A DNA stretch of 17,752 nt. It comes from Nitrospirota bacterium (GTDB lineage: Bacteria; Nitrospirota; UBA9217). Of this stretch, positions 8,097-15,849 are shown in pieces. The notes beneath the pieces are model-generated. The model was not told the origin of the DNA. It was given only the letters and a program-made list of their open reading frames with translations, and made no database searches. The DNA is taken from positions 1 to 17,752 of the forward strand of contig CAVVOB010000031.1 of NCBI GenBank assembly GCA_963749655.1, read 5' to 3'. The translations under genes were made by a program, and so were the position numbers. Position 1 is the stretch's first letter. Every line of letters starts with the position of its first letter.

Positions 8097-9476
8097 CTAT
8101 TTTACCATAAAATCAACGACAGCCGTTTTACCTGCATCGACCCTCGTTGTCCGCGTCAGCTCCCTTGATCCCGACACGACCGTAACCGTGTACTGACCGG
8201 GCGCCAAGCCCTCGATAATATAGGTTCCGTCCATATCGATGGGAACCCCATAGCTGGTGTTTCTCTCCCGGTAAAAAACATCCCCTTCCGGCAGAGGTTT
8301 ACCCTGACCGTCAACAACCGTGCCCCGTATGGTCCCGCCCGGCTGCAGAACAAAATCCAGCTGGTAATTCTTACCCTGGACGACCTGAAGCTCCCGTGAT
8401 GACTTTGCGTATCCCGGCCCCTTTGCTTCAATGCGATAGGTCCCCGGCTCCGTCAACGCAGTTGCATAACTGCCCTCGGAAAACGGCCTCGGCTCACCCC
8501 GGCCCGCTTTCCATATGACCACGGAGCCTTTGGGTACTACCCTGCCCGCGGAATCAGACACCTTGCCTGTCACGAGGGCTGCATGCTGCTGTTCATCGAT
8601 TCGTCGGCCCAGCCGCTTTGTTTTCGGACGAGGAAGCTCATCTACCATGGTAGTGCTGTTTTCTTCACGGTAAACAGTATAAAATGTCGCTTTGTCAACT
8701 TCAAGGTATCCGCCCTTGTATGCACCGGGCATTTCCATTCCGTCGAGACGCAGAATAATATGGAAGGGATCCACGAAGTTATGCGAATGCTCGGCATCGG
8801 AAAAAACCCACCCCCTGTCGGGATAGTAAATTTCCAGATAGGCGTGAAAACCGCCGTCATTTACCTTAACGCCCCAGTATTCCTTGGAAAACCCCCATTC
8901 ATATCCCGGAGGTAAATAACCGTGTGCTACCCGGGCGGGAATGCCTGCGGCCCGGAGCAATGCAACCGCGAGGTTTGAATAGCCTACGCAGAAGGCTTTT
9001 CGGTATTGCAGAGCAGACAAGGCGTCGCTCTTAACCGTAATGCTCGTGTCAAACGTCAGGTTGTCCGCAATCCAGGTCAATATGGCGTTTGCCGCTTCAT
9101 GGGTATACTGGCTTCCCCCTGTGATGTCCTGCGCCAATCGCGATATAGATGGATCGCGCGATTGCCGGTCCCGTTCCGGCTCAAGATAGCGGGCCACCGA
9201 CACTGGAATGCGCTGCGCAGGAATGGGAAACGGAACACGGGACATCAGGGGTCCCATTTTCGAGGTGACCGTGACACGTTTGCTGAACTCGTCGAGATCA
9301 GTCACGCTTTGTTCAAAAGATTCATTGGCGTAATTCGGAATGAATGCCACGCCGCGAGGATTGACGATGTCATAAACAACTGTGTGTTTGCCGTCGAGGA
9401 TGGTAAGTCCCGCCGACGCGCTGCAGGGGAGCAGGCACAGAAGGGCGGATATGACGATAAGATTCCGTTTATTCAT
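8097..9476 (-). CDS. Exported transglutaminase-like (Cys-His-Asp) protein with two C-terminal carboxypeptidase-regulatory-like (Cna-B type) domains
   Basis: Signal peptide ending ASA|G from ATG 9476 (ORF-track start 9503). Transglut_core motifs AFCVGYSNLAVALLRAAGIPARV, FHAYLEIY and GWVFSD. Two repeats VTGKVSDSAGRVV...PGTYRIEA and IRGTVVDGQGKPL...GLAPGQYTVTV. Confidence 0.85.
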   Translation of the reverse strand: MNKRNLIVISALLCLLPCSASAGLTILDGKHTVVYDIVNPRGVAFIPNYANESFEQSVTDLDEFSKRVTVTSKMGPLMSRVPFPIPAQRIPVSVARYLEPERDRQSRDPSISRLAQDITGGSQYTHEAANAILTWIADNLTFDTSITVKSDALSALQYRKAFCVGYSNLAVALLRAAGIPARVAHGYLPPGYEWGFSKEYWGVKVNDGGFHAYLEIYYPDRGWVFSDAEHSHNFVDPFHIILRLDGMEMPGAYKGGYLEVDKATFYTVYREENSTTMVDELPRPKTKRLGRRIDEQQHAALVTGKVSDSAGRVVPKGSVVIWKAGRGEPRPFSEGSYATALTEPGTYRIEAKGPGYAKSSRELQVVQGKNYQLDFVLQPGGTIRGTVVDGQGKPLPEGDVFYRERNTSYGVPIDMDGTYIIEGLAPGQYTVTVVSGSRELTRTTRVDAGKTAVVDFMVK

Positions 9477-9589
9477 TGTGCGTCCTGGAGCAGGCGTCGA
9501 CACTGCGGTTCACGTCCGTTCAACGCTCGAGTAGGATCATGCCCGGCTTGAGGATCAACTTTTGTCTTTCGTCTTCTACGGACAACTTC

Positions 9590-9628
9590 AAAAGGAAACC
9601 CGCTCCACTCGATGGAAGTGGAGCGGGT
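9590..9628 (-). terminator. Internal terminator or mRNA-stabilising hairpin
   Basis: Perfect 12-bp stem ACCCGCTCCACT / AGTGGAGCGGGT with a 7-nt loop, followed on the minus strand by an interrupted U-tract TTCCTTTT, 13 nt after the stop at 9642. Confidence 0.75.
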
Positions 9629-9641
9629 CGATGGAAAGCGC

Positions 9642-10820
9642 TCAGAACTTCAGCTGGTTCTTAAACTCCCGGATTGAAAGCAACGCATCTGCGCCGGATA
9701 CCGTGTCGAGCGGCTTGAATTCACCGGTGGACTTGTCGGCTTCCAGATAACCTCGCGTGGTTGCCATCATGGCCGCATTAAAATAATACTGGTCATTCCG
9801 CACATCAGGGAATGATGACACCGCGCCGAGGAACTTGGTGGCGAGCTTTTCGTCGCCGTTCACTTTGATCAGGATGTCTTCAAGCATCACGGCAAACTCG
9901 GCCTTGGTGATGGTCTTCGTCGGTTCAAAGGTATGGTTCGGGCCGGCTTCGAGGCCCCTTACCTTGAGTTTCAGGATCGTGTCGATACTCGCCTTGAGCC
10001 AGCTGTCGGCGATGTCCGTGGCAGGTTCCATCTTTACCGTGGTTTCCGGGGAGAAGCGCGTAGTCGATTCAGTCGGAGCCTTGAAGCTCGTATCGTAGGT
10101 CTTGGGCCCCCGTTTGGTAAAGAGCTTTTCGAGGTTCATCTCCTGATCAAAAAGGGCGGCTACATCCGCACGGTCGATCTTGTCGATCAGGGCGATCTTT
10201 TTGCCGATCTCGGTGCCCGGAGCCGCGCGCTGGATTTTCTGGATGACCGCCCATTCGGCATTGGCTTCGCCGACGAAATCACGATTCATATCCAGAACGA
10301 CCTTGAACATGATTGCAGCGTTGTCAAAGTCGAGGGCCATCTTATAGCACATTCCCATATAGTAGTGAAGGCGGGGGTTGTTCGGCTCCTTCTTGTTGGC
10401 AGCCTTGAATTCCTTCTCCGCCGATTTTACAAGGCCGGCGACCTGGCTCTGATCTTTGGCCATGTTCATGGCGTAGAGCCGGATCATGCCGACGCGCGAC
10501 TCGATGCCCGTTGTTTCATAGCCCTGTGCTTTTTCCATGTTCTCGTAGGCCGGTTTAAATTCGCCCTTCTTGCCGAGAACGAGGCCTTTCCCGATGAAGC
10601 CGAGCGATGATTTCGGATCAAGGGCAATTGCCCTGTCGAACTCGCGCATTGCATCATCAAGCCTGTCCGCATCAAGGGCCTTCAGCCCCTGATTATAGTG
10701 ATACTCTGGCGTATCCATAACCGACGTCGAAGGCGCCGCCTTCGGCCCGCAACCGCTCACTGCGATTATCAAGACAAGCGCCGCAAACACCGCCATAAAG
10801 CGTTTGATCTGCGTATCCAT
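9642..10820 (-). CDS. Lipoprotein with N-terminal TPR repeats and C-terminal S-layer homology (SLH) motifs
   Basis: VSG-C lipobox. TPRs such as YHYNQGLKAL...AMREFDRAIALDPK and LHYYMGMCY. SLH-like motifs IDRADVAALF, TDIADSW...TFEPTKTITKAEFAVML and FPDVRNDQYY...GEFKPLDTVSGADAL. GGAGG RBS. Confidence 0.8.
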   Translation of the reverse strand: MDTQIKRFMAVFAALVLIIAVSGCGPKAAPSTSVMDTPEYHYNQGLKALDADRLDDAMREFDRAIALDPKSSLGFIGKGLVLGKKGEFKPAYENMEKAQGYETTGIESRVGMIRLYAMNMAKDQSQVAGLVKSAEKEFKAANKKEPNNPRLHYYMGMCYKMALDFDNAAIMFKVVLDMNRDFVGEANAEWAVIQKIQRAAPGTEIGKKIALIDKIDRADVAALFDQEMNLEKLFTKRGPKTYDTSFKAPTESTTRFSPETTVKMEPATDIADSWLKASIDTILKLKVRGLEAGPNHTFEPTKTITKAEFAVMLEDILIKVNGDEKLATKFLGAVSSFPDVRNDQYYFNAAMMATTRGYLEADKSTGEFKPLDTVSGADALLSIREFKNQLKF

Positions 10821-10879
10821 GCTTTTCCTCCGTTGTGATGATCAGACGTTCGGAGATCCGGGATCCCCGACGATGCCTG

Positions 10880-11731
10880 TTAATCAACCAGAATAATGAC
10901 CCTGCACTTCTCCAGCATGCTCAGATTCTGCGAGGCGCTCTGAAGCGCCGCTGCATCGGCATTGCTGATCACGACGTCGACGCGGGCATCGCCTGAGACT
11001 TTCTGCGCTTTGACCATCAACGGTTTGTCGGCAACGCGGGGGTTCGATTGTGCAGCCACGGGGTCCTTGAGATAGCCGACCATTCCCTCACGCACTGCAT
11101 AATCCCGGCTGATCCAGGCGGACCCGTACACTTCCTTGCCTTCTTCATTCAGGACCCGGGGGGCCATCGCGGGCCTGATCCCCAGCCCTCTTGCATCCAC
11201 AATAAGTCCGGTGTAGAGCTGGGCCTGGACTCCGGGCGTCGCGGCAATCGCCGGAGGTGCGGTCGGCCCTTTGGGAAGAAGCGCGTCCGCCAGGGCGCCC
11301 GTCAGTTTCATGCCCACGGTGACTTCAACGGAACCGTCGGACATATACTTCTTGTCCATGACCATGGCCCCCTGAATGATTCCGCTTACCTCGGTCTTGA
11401 TCACATCGCTCGTTACCATAAAGTTTTCGACGGTCGTGGTGGAGTCCACACGAACACCCTTCACGGCCTCGAGCAAGTTGCGGTAAGCCACAACCTGCGC
11501 CGCCCGTTCCGCCATGGCACGCGCCTGCGCCGCATTGGCCGGCTGGGCCGGTGGAGCGCCGATACCCACGGCGGTGATAACGCCCGTAGTCCAATCCACT
11601 TTCCCTGACGCGCCGGCAGGCTCGATGACATCCTTAACCGTGCCGACCAGCTGCGCCGATGCGCTCCCGACTGCAAGTACGATAATGCCTAAAGCAAGTA
11701 TTGCAAATAACCCCGTTCTCTTTCTCAGCAT
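10880..11731 (-). CDS. Exported LPP20/FlgP-like protein (short-linker paralogue)
   Basis: Signal peptide ending ASA|Q; same two domains as 6960..8018 joined by a short linker. The AAGGAGG RBS is better spaced to ATG 11731 than to ATG 11737. Confidence 0.78.
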   Translation of the reverse strand: MLRKRTGLFAILALGIIVLAVGSASAQLVGTVKDVIEPAGASGKVDWTTGVITAVGIGAPPAQPANAAQARAMAERAAQVVAYRNLLEAVKGVRVDSTTTVENFMVTSDVIKTEVSGIIQGAMVMDKKYMSDGSVEVTVGMKLTGALADALLPKGPTAPPAIAATPGVQAQLYTGLIVDARGLGIRPAMAPRVLNEEGKEVYGSAWISRDYAVREGMVGYLKDPVAAQSNPRVADKPLMVKAQKVSGDARVDVVISNADAAALQSASQNLSMLEKCRVIILVD

Positions 11732-11867
11732 TGTCATGCCTCCTTCCGAGCAATCATAATATAGTTTAAAAATAAAAATCCGGTATCGAACAAAAAACGT
11801 CGAGATGAGCGCCCTTCACCTCCTTGCAATGATCTGCCTGATTAAATATTGTAAAAAGAATGTATCG

Positions 11868-11896
11868 AGGATAACCGCAATGGTTATTTGAGTCAA
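11868..11896 (-). promoter_or_regulatory. Proximal sigma70-type promoter (P2) of the envelope cluster, with a palindrome in its spacer
   Basis: Minus strand TTGACT (11896-11891), 17 nt spacer, TATCCT (11873-11868). ATAACC-N5-GGTTAT at 11871-11887. Confidence 0.6.
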
Positions 11897-12000
11897 GGTA
11901 ATAATCACCTGAGATGACGTGCTGAGACCGGCTGCCAGTCGCGTTCCCTAAGAAACAAATCGTAAACGCTGCACATATGCACACTCTGTCGCACGGATAA

Positions 12001-12029
12001 ACTATACCCAAGCACCATTCGGTTGTCAA
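12001..12029 (-). promoter_or_regulatory. Distal sigma70-type promoter (P1) of the envelope cluster
   Basis: Minus strand TTGACA (12029-12024), 17 nt spacer, TATAGT (12006-12001): 11/12 consensus with ideal spacing. Confidence 0.75.
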
Positions 12030-12090
12030 GGAGAGGACGGGCCTATCCGGCTCTCCCGATGATAAACGCGCGGTCGAATGACCGGGCTGC

Positions 12091-12822
12091 TTAGACAGCT
12101 CGTGCCAGGGTGAAAGCCGTTACCTGCATAGCCCCCGCTTCCTTCGCCACGGAAGAACATTCATTCATCGTGGCGCCGGTCGTGAACACATCATCGATGA
12201 GCACGATGCTTTTTGACTTTACTTCATGCGGACGCCGCAGCGCGAAGGCTCCCTGCACGTTCTTTATCCGCTCGTCGCCGGACAGCTCCACCTGGGGTGT
12301 CGTCGGCCTCACTCGCATGAGGTTGTCGAAGGACAACGGTATCCGCCAATGAAGGCTCAGCCGATGCGCAAGCATGAGGGCCTGGTTGAACCCCCGCTGT
12401 CTGAGCCTCCCCGCATGGAGCGGAACCGGCATGACCATGTCAATGTTCGTGAGCATACGCACGTTGTGGAGCATCCAGTCACCCAGCGGCTTGCCCAGCG
12501 ACCTGCACGGCCGGTATTTGAATTGATGAATCGCCTCGCGGAGGGGACCTTCGAACTGACCTACCGATAATGCATAGTCGTAGCAAGGCGGCGATTCGCG
12601 GCATGCGCGGCACCGGTGTTCAGGGCTGTAGATCAGCGCCTCCGGGGAGTCGAAGGGCCTGCCGCAGCCGGGGCAGACCGGACCGAGCAGAAGAGCGAAG
12701 TCCGACCAGCAGGCTTGGCAGAAAAGAGGAATTGTAGAAATACCGGTTGATGAACTGCAATAGCAGCAGTTTGAGGGAAGAACAAAATCAAGTGCGCGAC
12801 GCAGAAAAGACATGGGCATCAC
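12091..12822 (-). CDS. comF: ComF family protein (double zinc ribbon + PRTase domain)
   Basis: CCYC..FCQAC..CPGC..CRAC; IHQFKY; PVPLH..RLRQRGFNQA; R..NVQGAF; VLIDDVFTTGATM. Start uncertain (12822, 12819 or 12813). Confidence 0.9.
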   Translation of the reverse strand: MMPMSFLRRALDFVLPSNCCYCSSSTGISTIPLFCQACWSDFALLLGPVCPGCGRPFDSPEALIYSPEHRCRACRESPPCYDYALSVGQFEGPLREAIHQFKYRPCRSLGKPLGDWMLHNVRMLTNIDMVMPVPLHAGRLRQRGFNQALMLAHRLSLHWRIPLSFDNLMRVRPTTPQVELSGDERIKNVQGAFALRRPHEVKSKSIVLIDDVFTTGATMNECSSVAKEAGAMQVTAFTLARAV

Positions 12823-12893
12823 CGGAAAAGCGTCGGGGCGGCGCGCCGAGAACGGCCTGCAGGCGTTTCCGATTGCTCAGGAGCCGCATGACG

Positions 12894-14447
12894 CTACGGA
12901 TGAGATGCTATAAGGCTCTTTCCGGTCATCTCCCGCGGGACCTCGATCTCCATGAGGTCAAGCACCGTCGGAGCGACATCGGCGAGAATTCCTGCAGTCC
13001 TGACCTTCATGTCTTTCTTCACGAGAATGAAGGGCACGGGATCAGTGGTGTGGGCCGTATGCGGCTGGCCTGTGGACGGATCGAACATGATCTCTATATT
13101 GCCGTGGTCAGCGGTGATAAGAGCTGTCATCCCTTCCTCGTGAGCGGCACGGAGCAGTCGTTCCAGACACTCATCGAGCGTTTCCACGGCTTTTACCGCT
13201 GCTTCAACGATCCCGGTATGCCCTACCATGTCGGGGTTCGCGTAATTCACGAGGATGAATCCGTATTGACGTGAATTGATATGTTCCACCAGTTTGTCGG
13301 TGATTTCACGGGCGCTCATTTCCGGCTTTTTGTCGTAGGTGGCCACATCGCGCGGCGACGGAATCAGGATGCGGTCTTCCAGTGGAAACGGGGTCTCCTC
13401 GCCTCCGTTGAAGAAAAAGGTGACATGGGCATATTTCTCGGTTTCTGCGATCCGCAACTGCCTGATGCCCCGTTCGCTCAGGACCTTACCGAGAATATTG
13501 AGCAGTTTGACCGGACCGAAGGCAACAGGCAATTCGAACGTTTCGTCATAGGTCGTCAGACACACAAAGGTCGATAATTTCGGGACGACGCGCCTCTTGA
13601 AACTCTGGAATTCCTGGTCGGTGAGCGCCCGGGTAATCTCCCGCGCGCGATCGGAGCGAAAATTGCAGAAGATGACCGCATCGCCGCTGCCGATCGTGGC
13701 AAGCGGCTTGTTCGTTTTGGTATCGAGCAGGACCGCGGGCAGCATGAACTCATCGGTCCGGTCGTGCTCGTAACTCTGTTCGACAGCTTCGACCGCGGAA
13801 TATTTCCGGATTCCCTCCGCCATAACCAGGGCTTCATATGCTTTTTGGACCCGCTCCCAGCGTTTGTCCCGATCCATGGCGTAATAGCGGCCTGAGACCG
13901 TGGCGATCTTCCCGAGGCCGATCGCGGCAAGACGGTCTTCAAGTTGTTTGATAAACTGGACTGCGCTGGAGGGCGGAGTATCCCTTCCGTCGAGGAATGC
14001 GTGGAAAAAAACCTTATTGCCATTGACCCCGCGGGCTTTCGCGAGATCAAAGAGGGCGAAGATGTGGTCCATACGGCTGTGCACCCCGCCATCGGAAAGC
14101 AACCCCATCAAATGAAGGTTCGCGCCGCTTTCCTTGACAGCGTCCATGGCCGCAAGCAGCGCGGAATTCTGGAAAAAGTCTCCGTCCTTGATCGCTTTGC
14201 TTATGCGGGTAGAATCCTGATAAACGATTCTGCCTGCGCCGAGATTCAGATGGCCCACCTCGGAATTGCCCATCTGTCCTTCGGGCAGCCCTACCGCTTC
14301 GCCTGAAGCCTGAAGCTCGGTGTGAGGATAGTTCTCGATGAGGCTCCGGTAGAACGGCGCCTTTGCAGCGGCGATCGCATTCCCTTCTTTATGCGTATTG
14401 ATTCCCCAGCCATCCAGTACAATCAATAAAACCCGCTTATTCGCCAT
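12894..14447 (-). CDS. gpmI: 2,3-bisphosphoglycerate-independent phosphoglycerate mutase
   Basis: LIVLDGWG, GLPEGQMGNSEVGH, SDGGVHS, DGRD, GRYYAMDRD, NFRSDRAR, AETEKYAHVTFFFNGG, NPDMVGHTG, TADHGN, HTAHT. Start set at MANKRV (ATG 14447). Confidence 0.98.
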   Translation of the reverse strand: MANKRVLLIVLDGWGINTHKEGNAIAAAKAPFYRSLIENYPHTELQASGEAVGLPEGQMGNSEVGHLNLGAGRIVYQDSTRISKAIKDGDFFQNSALLAAMDAVKESGANLHLMGLLSDGGVHSRMDHIFALFDLAKARGVNGNKVFFHAFLDGRDTPPSSAVQFIKQLEDRLAAIGLGKIATVSGRYYAMDRDKRWERVQKAYEALVMAEGIRKYSAVEAVEQSYEHDRTDEFMLPAVLLDTKTNKPLATIGSGDAVIFCNFRSDRAREITRALTDQEFQSFKRRVVPKLSTFVCLTTYDETFELPVAFGPVKLLNILGKVLSERGIRQLRIAETEKYAHVTFFFNGGEETPFPLEDRILIPSPRDVATYDKKPEMSAREITDKLVEHINSRQYGFILVNYANPDMVGHTGIVEAAVKAVETLDECLERLLRAAHEEGMTALITADHGNIEIMFDPSTGQPHTAHTTDPVPFILVKKDMKVRTAGILADVAPTVLDLMEIEVPREMTGKSLIASHP

Positions 14448-14541
14448 TAAAAATTCCCTTCGCCGTGCCAAACGAGGAACCGGCTCCACCGCGTCGGCAA
14501 TGCGCTGCGACGTACGCCGCCCGGTTAACGAGCCTGTTGCC

Positions 14542-15849
14542 TCAGCAGATTTTTTCGAGATTTACTTCGAAGGTGTTCCACTTGCCGCAGTTCGGACACC
14601 GCCCCGACCAGTCCGTGGTGCGGAGGTCGCAGTTTGAGCACGTATATGGAATGATAATCTGTTTTCTGAACCCGAGCGCTTTTTTGAATTCCGAGGCGGC
14701 CAGCCCCAATGATCCCCGTCTCAGGTAGATGTTGCCCAGCAGTTTATGGACGTCGGGAACCTCCCGGTCCCCCCAGTCCACGGAGGAAAGGATGTCAAAG
14801 GCCTCATCGACCATTTCCAGTCGATAGTAGAGCTTGCCAAGAAAAAACTTGAGGGCGATGTCCTGTGTTTTCCAGCTCACGGCCTGCGTGTAAATCTCAA
14901 TGGCCTTGCCCGGTTCTCCCTGCTTCAGGTAAAGGTCCTCAAGCCGCAGAAGAAGAAGCAGTGATGAGGTCATTTTATAGGCCTTTTCCCAAAGCTCGGC
15001 CGCTTCACCGATCTTGCCGTCTTCGAGATATACCTCACCCAGTCCAAGGTAGGCAGGAATAAAATCCTTGTCGAGCTTGATGACTCCCCGAAATATCTTT
15101 TTCGCGCGTTCCAGGTCTCCGGCTTCCAGCAGGGACCGGCCGTATTCGTATTGAAAGCCGACCAGTTTGCGGTGCTCTACCTCCTGCTCCGACGGTGTGA
15201 GGGGATTGGCGACGAGTCTGCGCTGGGTATCGTACAGTTCTTCCCACTGGTTCAGCCGCTGATAGAGATCGCGCATTTTTATGAGCGCGGTCAGGTTTGA
15301 CGAATCGCGGCCGAGGATCTGCCGATACGTCGCGAGCGCGTCGTCAAATCGCTTTGCCTCCTCGTAATCGGCGGCAAGCGAGAACATCACTTCCTGATTG
15401 TCAGGATGCAGGTTCAGGGCCTTCTGGTGGACGAGGACGGCCTCCTGAAGATTTCGCTCGCGAAGCTGGCTGATCCCCATGCGCAGCAGGGTATCCACGT
15501 GGTTCTGATCGAGGGCGAGCACCTTCTGGAAAAAACCGATGGCATCGGCATTCCGCTTTGCCAGCATTGCGTTGAGGCCCTTCGTATACAGCTCCTGGAT
15601 CTTCAGCCGCTTTTTCTGTTCGCGCTGAATGCGAAGTCCGCGCAGGAACCGTTTCACGTCGCGCATGAAATAGAGGATGAACACCGACAATGCGCCGCCC
15701 AGGAGGGAAAGCAGGAAAAAAGAGGACTTGGATATTTCGTAGGACTTGGAGGGAAGGAGATTTACCGTCATCGTTCCCGGATTGAACTCGTGCAGCAGCA
15801 TCACGAAGATCACGAGTGCAATAAACAGAAGAGTGACGATGAATCTCAT
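14542..15849 (-). CDS. LapB(YciM)-like TPR protein with C-terminal rubredoxin-like domain and LapA-like two-TM N-terminus
   Basis: Two N-terminal hydrophobic segments, many TPRs, and C-terminal YTCSNC...WSGRCPNCGKWNTF typical of LapB. Confidence 0.8.
   Translation of the reverse strand: MRFIVTLLFIALVIFVMLLHEFNPGTMTVNLLPSKSYEISKSSFFLLSLLGGALSVFILYFMRDVKRFLRGLRIQREQKKRLKIQELYTKGLNAMLAKRNADAIGFFQKVLALDQNHVDTLLRMGISQLRERNLQEAVLVHQKALNLHPDNQEVMFSLAADYEEAKRFDDALATYRQILGRDSSNLTALIKMRDLYQRLNQWEELYDTQRRLVANPLTPSEQEVEHRKLVGFQYEYGRSLLEAGDLERAKKIFRGVIKLDKDFIPAYLGLGEVYLEDGKIGEAAELWEKAYKMTSSLLLLLRLEDLYLKQGEPGKAIEIYTQAVSWKTQDIALKFFLGKLYYRLEMVDEAFDILSSVDWGDREVPDVHKLLGNIYLRRGSLGLAASEFKKALGFRKQIIIPYTCSNCDLRTTDWSGRCPNCGKWNTFEVNLEKIC

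Noticed and set aside
10847-10873. Small imperfect hairpin between cluster genes 1 and 2, and similar ones at 12030-12084
   Set aside because: Short or mismatched stems without U-tracts; not distinguishable from chance in GC-rich sequence.
11868-11894. Second Fur box upstream of the envelope cluster (shares ATAACCATT with the real box)
   Set aside because: That alignment gives only 10/19 to consensus and a different palindrome geometry, so iron regulation of the cluster is unsupported.
11766-12029. 87-aa minus-strand ORF in the comF-cluster gap
   Set aside because: Its TTG start is the -35 box of promoter P1, it runs through both promoters, and its composition is not protein-like.
3522-12090. 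Envelope cluster as a mobile island or prophage
   Set aside because: No integrase, transposase, tRNA, flanking direct repeats or clear compositional break was visible.
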